DNA of 64,000 bases. Origin: Chiloscyllium plagiosum (taxonomy: Eukaryota). The position numbers and the translations under genes are program-made. The stretch is from contig NC_057718.1 of assembly GCF_004010195.1 (NCBI RefSeq), positions 78,418,935 through 78,482,934 of the forward strand, in the 5' to 3' direction. Positions 49,223 to 61,951 of the stretch are shown piece by piece. The stretch's first letter is position 1, and each line of letters starts with the position of its first letter. The notes under the pieces were generated by a model that was given only the letters and a program-made list of their open reading frames with translations, was not told the origin of the DNA and did no database searches.

Positions 49223-49497
49223 ATTGTCTGCAGTCAGCAGAGATGGCACTTAATTAACATCACCTAATAAATTCGGACAAACCTGATATATCGCCATCCT
49301 AGTCAGTGTATAGTGTGTTTGACTCCTTGCATAGAATGTGGAAGTTTCATCAGATTACTCTCAGAATCAATTAATCTAATTAACCTTGACTTTGATTTCT
49401 GGTTGATTTGACCAAATGTACAAATTCTGCCTAGTGTCCTGATGCATCTCAGGGTCACCTCCAGAGATATAGTAGTATTTAAAAGCAATGCTGTGGA

Positions 49498-50065
49498 TGA
49501 ATATAGACATAACTCTAAATATTGAAGACTATTCTTTTCATCCTTGCATCAAAACCTGCAACCTTCTTGGTTCTGATATACCTGGCATCCCAACATTTGA
49601 TGAATCTTCCCTGCAAAGAAGAATGATAGTGAGCAGTCGTACCAGATTTGAAATATTAACGCTATTTGTCTCCACGGATGCTGCAAGGTTTGCTGAGTTT
49701 CTCCAGTATTCTCTGTGTTGTTGCCGTGTCAGAAATCTGGACTCAGGTATGCCAACAATTTAGAATTCCTTGAATAGAAGATTCTGTACCTGTCTGGGGA
49801 CTGAATGAATCAATAGTGTATTGTTGTTGTACCCTATTGTGGGATCTGTTGGCTGACCCTGACTACAAAATAATTCAGTTTCAACTGAGTCAATTCAGAG
49901 GAAAAAGAAACTTAAGCATTATACACAACCAAAAACACATTTTGATAAGTTTCTCACCCTGACTGATCATCTTTGACTTTTTTTAAAGACTGCACAACTG
50001 AATATAGACATAACTCTAAATATTGAAGACTATTCTTTTCATCCTTGCATCAAAACCTGCAACCT
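49498..50065 (+). repeat. 67-bp dispersed direct repeat (49498-49564 and 49999-50065)
   Basis: TGAATATAGACATAACTCTAAATATTGAAGACTATTCTTTTCATCCTTGCATCAAAACCTGCAACCT, identical, 501 bp apart. Confidence 0.92.
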
Positions 50066-51599
50066 CCTTGATTCATCATTTTTGCCTTTTCATGGTTGTG
50101 GAGTTTGCATTTCCATTACTCCATCTGAAGGATACTCCTGGTGTTACACTTGGTGATGGGAAGAGTGTGTTAGAAGTCAAGTCCCAATACTCTGAGCCAA
50201 ATCAAATGTCTGTCTTTTCAAATGCCTCAGTGTCTTACTTAGTCACCAAAATGGTCAATTTGATTCTTTTTATTAGTTATCCAGAATAAAAGAGACTTTG
50301 CCAGGTTTATTCAATCAAACCCAAATTAGCACTTTTACTAAAGCAAAATGTATTTTTACATGACGTTATTTATTAAAGTACTATGTAGAATTAAAGACAT
50401 CCTTCTTTATCCCAAACAAAAACACATGTATGGACAGGATGAGCTGAGATGATGTGTAGAAGTAGTGATGGTTTCGCTTCTCAACAAGATCTGATTGATG
50501 TTAGTCACAGGGCAATCTGAAAATAATTTTCTCAATTCAGCTAGGAAGCAGTTAGGAATCCTAATATTTGAAACTTTCAGGACTCAGTACAGTCCAGAGA
50601 CTGTTGCTGGACAACATTCAGCACAAGGCCTATTCTAAACACATTCTGCTTCTCTTGCAATTAAGAGCGTAAAAGTAATGTCTTAGCTCTCTTTTAAAAG
50701 CTTTGCTTTTCAAAGTAACTTGCTTTTTTTCATAAACAACAAATAACCCCACAATTCTCATTGACATTATTTTTTCCAAGAAATTATATTGTAAGTCCTT
50801 TGCAAGCCAGGAATTGTCCAGATCTTTCAATTTCCAATTCTCATAATGCATAAATGTGTTTTCTCAACACTGGTTTTAATTATTTTGTGCGAAGACACAT
50901 TTCCTGACCTTGAGCCCTGAACATAATCTTTAGCAGTTTCACACAGCACATATTCTTGCTTTGAATTTACTTCAGGTGTAGTCTTTGTATCCTCTTTTGA
51001 ATCAGATTTGTCAGTGATTCCATTAAGTCCGTTAGTTATACATGAATTAATTTGCCTTGTCATGTATCTGTTTGTAAGGTAGTGAGAGTCCTTTTCTTTT
51101 TGTATAGTATTATGTGTACTATGATTTTACTTATGTTGAACTGTATTTCATGGTCAACCACTCAATAGATAGACATTCGTAACACTAATAATATTCTACC
51201 TCTAATTATTGCACCTCTATATCTCTAACTGAGCTATATAAGTTGATAAAAGGAATCCACAAAGTGCTTGCAGAAAGAAAGTTTCCTTGTGGGACAGTCT
51301 AGAATGAGAGAATAAGGGATAGCAGAAGCAAAACACAGATGAGGTGAAATTATTTCTCACAAAGGATGACAAATCTGTGGAATTTATACCCCAACGTGTC
51401 ATGGATGCTGGAGAACTAAATAAATTTAAAGGGAAGATAGGCAGACTTTTAATTATTAAAGGGTTGAAGGGTTATGGGGAGTAGGCAGGTAAATAGAGTT
51501 GAAGCTGAAATGAGATCAGACGTAATTGTATTAAATGGCAAATCAGGCTCAAAGGACTGAATTGCCTGCACTTTCTCCTTGATCTTACATCTCAAAACA

Positions 51600-51918
51600 G
51601 TTCCAGAGTGATCTCGGGACCTCGAGAACCTGGAGGTAATGCCCAGTGCAATCTGGAGTCAATGCCCAATACGGACTGGAGGCTACATGCAGTGTTAGAG
51701 GGCAATTGTTCTGAACTTTTCATTTCTCTATTTTCTAATTTATTTCTACAATCTACAATGTTGCACTTTTGATGTCTTTATTTTCTATTTTTTTTTCCCT
51801 AAGAACTCGTACTGAAAAATTGGACCTATGTACCTTTGTACGTAAGATGACACTATAAGTGAATAAGTGACAACTTGTAAACTTTTCACTGTACTCATTT
51901 GAGTACATGTGACAGTAA
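51600..51918 (+). mobile_element. Retroposon 3' end; an inverted copy lies at about 54218-54720
   Basis: TTTTCACTGTACTCATTTGAGTACATGTGAC...AATCCAATGCAATT is the reverse complement of about 54218-54275 and contains the stem-loop TGTACTCA-TT-TGAGTACA. Confidence 0.6.
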
Positions 51919-52784
51919 AACTAATCCAATGCAATTCACTTATGTTCCTATATTGTTCTTATCCTTGTGCTTTGAACCATCTTTTAGAATGAAGAAGCAG
52001 AGTGTGGAGCTCCTATGGAATTTTGAGCTAGTTCTAAGACTGGATTAAGCTGTCAAAGATATGGAAATTCAATCAATAATGAAGGATGGGAAAGAAAGAA
52101 AGAGAGAGACTTGAATTCAAACATTGGGAATGAAATGTTGCCTGTTGTTAATAAAAGCCTTTAGCAAATAGACAAAAAGAATAAGGAGTATTTGAATGAT
52201 AGGTTTGAGATATAAAACCTGAGACTAAGATCATTATGGTGTAGAAGTAATAATTGAAACAAGGCTTGAAGAGGATGTTTTTGGAAGGTAACATTTCTGG
52301 TTTTGAGGTGTTCTTGAAAGAAGGAAAAAAGAAGGGTGAAGGAGTGTCAGTTATTATAGTACCGATGTGGGATGATGCAGTTGGAGGGTTAAAGACAATT
52401 TATTTTGTTATAATTGAAAAGGTAAGGAGATAAAGGGGCAAATGTGCAACAGGTTACAGAAGGCTGCAAGAAAATAGAATATTGATAATGGGAGTTTCAG
52501 TTATTCCAAGATAGGAGTAGAATAAGCAGAAAATAGAGGTATTTGTGAAATGTGTACAAGAAAACCTTTTTGATCAATGTGGTTCCTATTAACACAGAAG
52601 GACAAGGCGATGGATCATATTTTGGGGATGAAACCTTTGGATCAATAGGTTAACTATATCTTTACTTGAGTCATCATGACATTAGGTGTTTAATTATGAC
52701 ATTAAAGCACATGGAACTGAAACCCAAGTCTTTCAGATGGCAAAGATTTATTTTCATATTATCTTTCACCTTCTGTAACCAATC

Positions 52785-54028
52785 TGCCAGGATTGGATAA
52801 AGTCAGCATAGTTTACAAAAGGGAAATCATGCTTGACAAATTTACTGGAAGTTTTTGAGGATGAATATCGGAGAATTGATTGGGGTTAAGTGAATATCGT
52901 TGCCTTGAACTTTCATAAGGCTTTTTTAAGGTCCCACATTAAAAGATTACCATGTACAATTAATGCTCTAATTTACCACTTAAATTACAGAGAACAGCTT
53001 GGAAGGTGGGAAGCAAAGAGTAGGAATAAATGGCATGCATTTGCTGACTCATCCAACTTCTCCAAATCACACTGATGCAAGTGACCAACGGGCAACTGTC
53101 GAGATCAGTGCTTGGACCAGAGCTATTTGCAATTTATATTGATTATTTTGATCAGGAAATTAAATGTAATTGCCAAGTTTGCAGACAACTAAAAGCTAGG
53201 TGGGAGGGTGAACTATGACATCAGCAAATTGGAGAAGTTGAATAAGTAGGCAAATCCATAGCTGATGAAGTATAGTGTGGATAAATGTGAAGTAGCAAAA
53301 ACAGGAAGACAGATCTGAATGCTGACAGACTGGGAGGTACAATGACATCTGGATGTCTTGGTCCACCAGTCACTGAAAGTAAACTCGTAGATGGAGTAGA
53401 CAATGAAGAAGAGAAATGGTATGTTGGCCTCCATAGAAAGAGGAATTGAGTACAGGTTCAAGGCTACCTTTCTACAATCGTATAGGGCCTTCTTCAGACT
53501 ACACCTGAAATATTGTGCAGCTTTAGTCTCCTTATCTGAGGAAGTTCTGGCTATGGAGGAAGTGATTCTTAGGACGGTAGGGCTGACCTGTGAAGAGAGA
53601 TTGGATCAGTTAGGACTAAAATCACAGGGGTTTAGAAGAATAAGGAAGGAATCTCATGGAAACCTGTAAAATTCTAACAAGACAGGATAAACACAGGAAA
53701 GATGTTCCTGAAGATGAGAGAGTCCAAAACCAGGGCTCACTATTTAAGAATATAAGGTAGGCCATTTAGAACTGAAATGAGGAGACGTTTCTTCATCCAG
53801 AGAGTGCTGAGCCACCTAGGATTCTCTCGCACAGAAATTGGTTGAGGCTAAAACATTTAATGGTTTCAAGAAGGAGTTAGATATAATTCATAAGTCAAAA
53901 AGGATCAAAGAGTACAGGGCAAAAGTAGAAACAGAGTACTGAGTTGAATGATCAACAATGATCATACTGAACTATAGAGCTGGCTTAAAGGGCTCAATGG
54001 CTTACCCCGTTCCTATTCTCTATGTTTT
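52785..54028 (+). mobile_element. Old CR1-type LINE fragment; more decayed upstream sequence from about 52200
   Basis: Decayed KSCLTNLLE, NFHKAF, KFAD and RLHLKYC motifs. Tail CCTATTCTCTATGTT. Confidence 0.75.
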
Positions 54029-55039
54029 AATCTAGCAATGAGTAGACTCAAAGAAGTGGCAAAAATGGAACCCTGGAGTAAAGCTCAGTGGCAGTATAGT
54101 GCAGTGGGCAAAGGATTTCAAGTTTTATGTAGTTATTGGCTTGCAGTGAGGGAAATTCCATGCAACACTAAAAAAAGGAAGGGAAAAAATAACAGGGAAT
54201 AAGGCACGCAGAAAAAAAATTGCATTGAATTAATTTTATGGTCACATGTACTCAAATGAGTACAGTGAAAAATTTATAAGTCACCACTTACAACAACATC
54301 TAAAGCACAAGGGTACCTAGATACAACCCTTAGTACAGAATAGATAAATGAAGGAAAAGAGGTTACATTGCAACTATGCATTGTATGACCATAGGTCAGA
54401 AAATAAAAGGAAAGTTAAAAAGACAAACATTAGTCTCTCTCTAAAGGCTCTCCGCAGTAGACTGACACAGGGGGCCTCCACAAGGTCTGTCTGCTGGCTG
54501 CCGCCACGCTTACACTGGGCCACTGACATCATGCACCTGTACCAGGCCCGAGACATCCCTGCCACCCTGCTCCATCCACTGGCATCTCTGGTGATCATTG
54601 GCTCTGCTTCAGAGGCCAGGACTGGGTGTTTGAGGCTGATAGAAAGGAGGAGAGGGGGAGAAAAAAAGATAAAGTAGTAAATGAATGGGCGGAGTGGAAG
54701 ATCTCCAGCTGAAACGCCCTACTCTGCCACCACCTTACCATCTCAAAATCAGCCTGACACTGAGTTGGAGATTACTGCAGAGTAGAGGTCCTTATAGAAA
54801 TGGGAAATAAAAAGGCACACAATGGTCATCAGCAGAAATGTGGAAAGAAACAAAATGCAGTCTCACAATAAGGGACCTTATTGATGGGAGCTTTGCCCAG
54901 CCAGTATTACTAAGAGCCATGAGTTCAAAGAGAGAGACTGTATCAGAACTACATTAGTAACATAGAAAGTTTAAAAACAGACCACTGCAGTCCATTGGAT
55001 TTCAAGGATTAGAAGATTAGGATGAATTCTTCATAGGGG

Positions 55040-57253
55040 ATATAAAAAGTGGTCAGGAGGAAATTGAGCAAATTTGTAGGGAGATCTCAGTTATCTATAA
55101 GAATAATAGAGTGGTAATGGTAAAGTATTTTAACTTAGACTAGAACTGCTAAGTGTTAAGGGATTGGATAGAGAGGAATTTGTTAAAGGTATACCAGAAA
55201 ACTTTCTAATTCAGTAGGGACAGATGGAAATTGGGAAGCCTTCAAAAATGAGATGGTGTGTTCAGGAAAATATGTCCCTGTTGGGGTGGAGAGCAAGGCT
55301 AGTAGATGCAAGGAATACTGGATGACTGAAGAAATTGAGGCTCTGGTCAAGAAAAAGAAAGAAGCATTTGTCAGATATAAACAGCAGTGATCGAGTGAAT
55401 CCCTAGAGAAGTACAAGGGCAGTACAAATTTACTTGAGAGAAATCAGGCGGGCAAAAAGGGGGACATGAGATAGCTTTGGCAAATAGGATTGAGGAGAAT
55501 CCAAAAGGTTTCTTTTGGATTCATTAAGGACAGAAATACATTAAGGACAAATGGGTAACTAGGGAGAGAATAGGGCCGCTTAAAGATTAGCAAGGCCATT
55601 TACATGTGGAACCACAGGAGAAGGTGGAGATAGTAAGCAAGTATTTCACATCAGTGTTTACTGTGGACAAGGATATGGAAGCTAGAGAACTTGGGGAAAT
55701 AAATAGCAATATCTTAAAAAGTGCCCATATGACAGAGGAGGTGGTGCTGGATGTTTTAAAATGCATAAAGACAGATAAATTCCCAGGACAAGATTAGGTG
55801 TTAAAACTTGTTGGGAAGCTAGGAAAGTGATTGCTAGGCCCCATGCTGAGATATTTGTATTATCAATAACCACCGCTGAGGTGCCAGAAGACTGAAGATT
55901 GCTGAGCCTGACATCAGTGGTAGGCAAGTTGTTGGACGGAATTCTGAGGGATAGGATTTACATATATTGGAAAGGCAAGGACTGATTAGGAATAGTCAGC
56001 ATAGTTTTGTTCTTGGGAAATCATGTCTCACAAACTTGATTAGGATTTTTGAAAATTGGCATAGAAGATTGATGAAGGCAGAATGGTGGACCTTGTCTAT
56101 ATGGAGTTTAATAAGACGTTTGACAAGGTTCCGCATAGTAAATTGATTAAGAAGGTCAGATCACATGGAATACAGGGACAACTAGCTATTTGGATACAAA
56201 ATTGGACAATAAGTAGGAGACAGAGGATGATGGCTTTTGGGACTGGAGGCCTGTGACCAACAATGTACTGCAGGGAACAGTGTGCTGGGTCCACTGCTTT
56301 TTGCTATTTGTGTAAATAATGTGAATGTGAACATAGGAAGCAGAGTTAGTAAATTTGCAGATGACACTAAAATTAGTTGTGTAGTAGGCAGTGAAGAAAG
56401 CTGTCTCAGAGTACAATGGGATCTTGATCAGATGGGCCCGATGAGTTGCAAATGGAGTTTAATTTAGATAAATGTGAAGTGCTACATTTTGGTAGGGCAG
56501 GATTGATATACTTAATGGTAAGATCCCGGGTAGTGTTTCCAAACAAAGGGACCTTCGAGTGCAGGTTATAGTTCCTTGAAAATGAAGTTACAGGTAGACA
56601 GGGTCGTGAAGGCAGCATTTGGTAAGTTTGTCTTTGTTGGTCAGTGCATAGAGTATGGGAGTTGGGATGTCATACTAAGGCTGAACAGGAATTAGTTAGG
56701 CCACTTTTGGAATATTGTATTTAATTCTGGTCCCCTTGTATAGGAAGCATGTTGTTAAATTTGAAATGGTTCCGAAAAGATTTACAAAGATGATGCCAGG
56801 GTTGGAGAGTTTGAACTATAGGGAGAGGCTGAATTAGCTGAGGCTTTTTTTCTCTGGAGTGTCAGAGGCTGAGGGGTGACCTTGTAGAGGTTTATAAAAT
56901 GATGGGCATGGATAGGGTGAGTAGTCAAGGTCTTTTCCCCAGCAGGGGAGTCCAAAAGTAGGGGGCAGAGGATTAAGGTGAGAAGGGAAAGATTTAAAAG
57001 GGACCTAAGGGGTAACATTTTCGCACGGAGGGTGGTGCATGTATGGAATGAGCTGCCAGAGAAAATGGTGGAGTTTGGTATAATTACAACATTTAAAAAG
57101 CATCAGAACTTGTATATGAATAACAAAGGTTCAGAGGGATATGGGCCAAATGCTGGCAAATGGGACTAGATTAATTTAGGATATCTGGTCAGCATGGATA
57201 GTTGGACTGAAGGGTCTGTTTCCATGCTGTACATCTTTATGACTGTATGACTC
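55040..57253 (+). mobile_element. CR1 LINE, about 2.2-kb 5'-truncated copy
   Basis: Decayed YFTSVFT, DKFPG, KSCLTNL, FDKVPH, SVLGPLLF and SKFADDTKI motifs. 3' end TATGACTGTATGACTC. Confidence 0.9.
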
Positions 57254-59587
57254 AAAGTGCACTACAGGATTTTGGCTCCTCTGATTATACTGTCATGACC
57301 AAGCTTGAAGGGGTACACTACCTTATTTCCTAGTCCCATTCTTCTACAGCCCATAATAAAACTTAAATCTAATTCAGGTAGTGATTTGGCCAATTATCTA
57401 GGTCTCAGACTGTATCTGGTTTAATTTGAAAAACAAGTATTTAGTTTCTGTAATTATTTAGAAAATATTAATGACCTATTCATTACCAAAAAAATTACTC
57501 AAACAGAGACACCAAAAAAATGAATGTTAGGACAATACAAATATATCCAACTGCCCTTCTAAAAATCCCACAACTCAAACTATTGTGGCAGGCTGAAATA
57601 TTTTTGCTGGAGACAGTGAGATGGATTCTGAGTTCCACTTTCACTGGTAAAGATAATTTCTAGTTGATTTTCATTCCCATATTTTGTTGACAGGAGTTTA
57701 AAGGAGTGAGGAAGCAAAGGTATATTTTCTCAGATTCCCTTTAATTGTCTGACCGTCTAGGTTCGGAGCACAAAAACGTTATTTCACCCACAAACTGGGT
57801 GACCGCTCTTGGGAAGTCTCATAGGCTGTCTCTATCTGAACCTCTGTTTCTTGCAGATGCTTCATTGTTGGTGTGAACAAAACTGCTCCTTTGCAAAGTG
57901 CCCCTTTCAAAAGCTCACAATGTATAAGAATGTACTTATCAATTAATATTTAGACCTCACATCTTTAGAACAACACCAATTCACAAACTGCATACTGGCG
58001 TGCAGATATTATGGCGAAAGATGGCAAGAAAACTAATTTTAAGTTGGATACAAAGGCAGGTGTGTCTGTTGTTTCAGATTCAACATTGTGGTTGAGGCCA
58101 AAATTATCTGTCGTCATCTTTTTAGCTTTGCAGCACAGGAGTTAGTAAAATCTGAGTGAGACACAAGATGGAGTTGTTCGTTGTTATAATGGGAAAGCAA
58201 TCACTGATATTTTGAATGTCATTCCTAATTATCACTATACTTTAGTAAATGGAGATTCTTGTCTGGCTTTGCATTTTCTTCATTTTGTAGTTACAGAAAA
58301 TATAACAATAATAGCAACTACACTTAGACACAGATTCCTTCCTGTGATGAAGGTCAAGATATTACAAGAAATAAGAGAGAGATTGACATTCTGAAGTCTC
58401 AGCTGCTCCCAGCTGCATTTAAACATCTAGTAGAGATGAATGGGACCTTGGCAATATTTCAGGAAACTCAACTGAAGGCAAACAGCCTGGTTGTGTCATA
58501 GTCGGGCAATAAACAGGCAGAAACAGTAAATGCCCTAATGCTAAAAGGAACAGCAAATGAAGAAGAGCTTATAGTAGTTTAACCACAAACAAACACCAAC
58601 AAACTGGCAGATTCTCCAAAGGCAACAAGATGACTACAATGTCTGAGAAGTAATAGTGCATCAGTCCCATCTACCTTCAAAAAGAGGTTGGAATATTGTT
58701 GGAGATTGATACCTTAACTAGAAGAGACTTTTTGGTTGTAGGAGTTAGGAAGTGACAGTAAAGTGAAATGTTGATGGTTAAATGGAATACAGCAGATGAA
58801 CTTGGAGGGAAATGTGGAGTAAAGGGTTAATCTAAAAGGATTAAAGTCATCTTTAATAATGGATACTCAGCTTGTGCATAACATCTATGTCATGATAATG
58901 TCAGAATAGTGACAGATACTTGTTGATAAAGCAAATGTGTAGAGTGTATGAGGTTTTATTTCTTGCACCCTTTACTGTACTGTTATATGTAATAAAACCT
59001 GTTAACAGTCACTTAGAGTGCAGACCTTATCTTACTGCAAACAGAAGTAAACATATTGTAGTGTAGGAGTGCACAAATGCAGAACTGCATTTAAAGAGCA
59101 TCATGCAGAAGTGTTGGTGATGCAGCAACTCTCTCTGAAGACATGCTGGCTTCTCTACCTTTTTTATTCTTCATTCACGGAATGTATGTATAGCTTGCTA
59201 GGCCATCATTCATCGCCAAGAGGGCAATTCAAAGTTAACTCAGTAAATCTTACTAATGAACCAGTCTTTTTAAAATGACAATCAACAGTAGTCACATGAT
59301 CACCGTTTGGACAGTTTGTTTTTCTTCCACACTTTTGTTGGATTCAAATTTCACAATTTGCCAAGAACATTAACCTGGATTACTAGTCCAATAATATTAA
59401 CACTACTCCCCCACCTCACCAGTAAGTCCCTTATAAATGAAATACATGATGCTGATGCTGAACGTTTGGGCAAACCTGCAGCTCAGAGTATCTCCCAAAG
59501 GGTCCCATATCTTTCAATCTTCTGGTTCATTCTATTGTTGATAGTGGTGTACTCCTATTTTTGGATTTTTGGCTTTTTTCCCTCAAC

Positions 59588-59955
59588 TGTCGGAGGCTGA
59601 AGGGTGACTTACAGAGGTTTTAAAAAAATCATAGGGTGAATTGCTGAGGTCTATTTCTCAGGTTAGGGGAGTCTAAAACTAAAGGGCACAGGTTCAAGGT
59701 GAGAGGGGAAAGACTTAAAAAGGAACTGAGGGGCAACGTTTTCCCACAGAGGGTAGTGCAGATATGGATCAAGCTGCCAGCGGTGGTGGTGAAGCAGGTA
59801 CAATTACAACTTTTAAAAGACTTGTGCTTGGGTACACGAATAGGAAGGAATTAAAGGAATATGGGCCAAATGCTGGCAAATGGGACTACATCAGTTTAGA
59901 ATATCTAGTTGGTGTGGACGAGTTAGAACGAAGGGTCTATTTCCATGCTGTATAA
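59588..59955 (+). mobile_element. CR1 3' fragment; other CR1-type relics at about 6067-6785, 13098-13262, 44230-44740, 51330-51580, 61000-61620 and 62070-62850
   Basis: Collinear with 56860-57235. Confidence 0.8.
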
Positions 59956-60647
59956 CGTGATGATTCAATCTTCCTCTTCAAGGAGTTTTGATGATTTGGG
60001 TCCTGGAGGTTCATGTCTTGAATCAGTTTTCCATTAAAAGTTATCATTGCCATTACTTTCATGTCAGCATTGTGAGAAGGTGCCATCCCACTCCACCAAT
60101 AAGTTCACCTATCAAGGAAATGATGACAGAGCAATATATCCGGTTTGTCTTCCAAAACTATGTGCAACACTTTTGAGATTAATGCTCTAAGAGAAAGTTT
60201 TGGAAAGTTGGAGTGGGAGGGGAAATGTTGGAAGTAGGATTTGGATGGAAACTGTAAATAGTTCATGAGGTCAATAGTTTGAGAGAAGAGTAAGCTTGAA
60301 GAGGAAGGAAATGTGTAGTAAAGAGTTAATTATACATTTAACTGTAGCAACTGAGCATGCAAATAAGTAGCAATGTCATGATGCTTCAGATGATAGAGAA
60401 CTAGAACAGAAGTCTATAGGGTTTCATAGAAGGCAATTCCTGCCATCTTATGTTTAGAATTAATAATGTTCACTTAAATGGGTGTAAACTACCTTCTCTC
60501 AATAACCCATATGTGATCATATTACAAAATCAGGCAAGTAAACCACTCTTCTGCGGGGAAGCATTTGAGAAATAGTCAATTAGAGTTAAAATTACACCTG
60601 AGAAAGACAAGAAAGCCAAATGTATGAATACATAACAGTAGATTTTT

Positions 60648-60952
60648 GGGCGGCACGGTGGCACAGTGGTTAGCACTGCTGCCTCACAGCGCCAGAGACC
60701 CGGGTTCAATTCCCGCCTCAGGCGACTGACTGTGTGGAGTTTGCACATTCTGCCCGTGTCGGCGTGGGTTTCCTCCGGGTGCTCCGGTTTCCTCCCACAG
60801 TCCAAAGGTGTGCATGTCAGGTGAATTGGCCACGCTAAATTGCCCGTAGTGTTAGGTAAGGAGTAAATGTATGGGTGGGTTTCGCTTCGGCGGGTCGGTG
60901 TGGACTTGTTGGGCCGAAGGGCCTGTTTCCACACTGTAATCTAATCTAATCT
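60648..60952 (+). mobile_element. Full-length tRNA-derived V-SINE (HE1-like)
   Basis: A box TGGCACAGTGG, B box GGTTCAATTCC, V-domain GTGGAGTTTGCACATTCT...GGTTTCCTCCGGGTGCTCCGGTTTCCTCCCACA. CR1-like tail GGGCCGAAGGGCCTGTTTCCACACTG followed by (TAATC)n. Confidence 0.9.
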
Positions 60953-61627
60953 GAAAAGATTTCAATGAGTTGAAGAAAAACCTTATACAGATGGATTAGA
61001 ATTAAAATTTGAGCAGGTAAACAATAATTAAACAATGGGAGATTTACAAAGAGTAAATGAGTGGGGTACCCGATGAACATATTCCTCGATCGGGGAAAGG
61101 AAGGGCACCAAAGCTAGAACTCCATCCATGACTAAAGATTATAGAGATTAAAATGAAATTGAAAAGTGAGGTGTATCACAAATGTTGCATATGAAAGACA
61201 CAGATCACAAAAAGAAATAAGAAAGGAGTCTTTAAGAATAGATTAGCAGCTAACATAAAATAACTATAATATAAGTAATCATTAAAGATAGAGTGCACCT
61301 GATATCGGTCCAAGTAGAAAATGATCTATTGGGATAAAAATATCTATTGGAGACCGTGCAAATGGCTGAGGTATTAACTATGCACTTTGCATCTATTGGT
61401 TTCACCCAAAGGGGGTATTATTAATCTAGGAGATAGAAATAATATTCAATAAAAAAACAAAGACAATGTATTTAAAATCTTGCATTAAAAAATGACCCAA
61501 TCAGGTGTATCCTAGATTACTGAGGGAAGTAAGGTAGAAGTTGCAAGGCACTGATCATAATCTCGGGCACCACATTCTTTAGAAATGGGGGTGGTGCCAG
61601 AGGATTGCAAATATCACACCCCATTAT

Positions 61628-61951
61628 GGGCAACATGGTGGCTCAGTGGTTAACACTGCCTCACAGTGCCAGGGACCTGGGTTTGATTCTAGCCTTAGGC
61701 AACTGTCTGTGTCGAGTTTGTACATTCTCCCCTTCGCAGGTTTCCTTCTGTTTCCTCCTACAGTGCAAAGATGTCCAGGTTATGTAGACTGGCCAGGTTA
61801 AATTGCCCGTAATATCCAGGGATATGCAGAATAGGTGTATTAGCCATGGAAAATGCAGGCTTACAGGGATAGGGTAGGGGGCTGGTCTGCCTTCCAGAGG
61901 GTTGGGCTCAACAGGCCAAATAGACTGCTTCCGCACTGTAGGGATTCTATG
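61628..61951 (+). mobile_element. Older diverged HE1-like SINE
   Basis: GGGCAACATGGTGGCTCAGTGGTTAACACTGCCTCACAGTGCCAGGGACCTGGGTTTGATTC head and a decayed V-domain. Confidence 0.75.

Noticed and set aside
57840..58120. Candidate SLC22 exon 2 after AG acceptors (ttgcAG at about 57856; tttcAG followed by ...FNIVV at about 58077)
   Set aside because: Neither gives the expected phase-0 F[ND]LVC...W...Q...G...G...DR peptide. Exon 2 is probably beyond the window.
60648..60725. tRNA gene
   Set aside because: The tRNA-like head continues into a SINE body and tail, so it is not an independent tRNA.
60530..60934. Similar ORFs at 60530-60934, 25293-25722 and 1250-1504 suggesting a small gene family
   Set aside because: They are antisense translations of HE1-like SINE copies.
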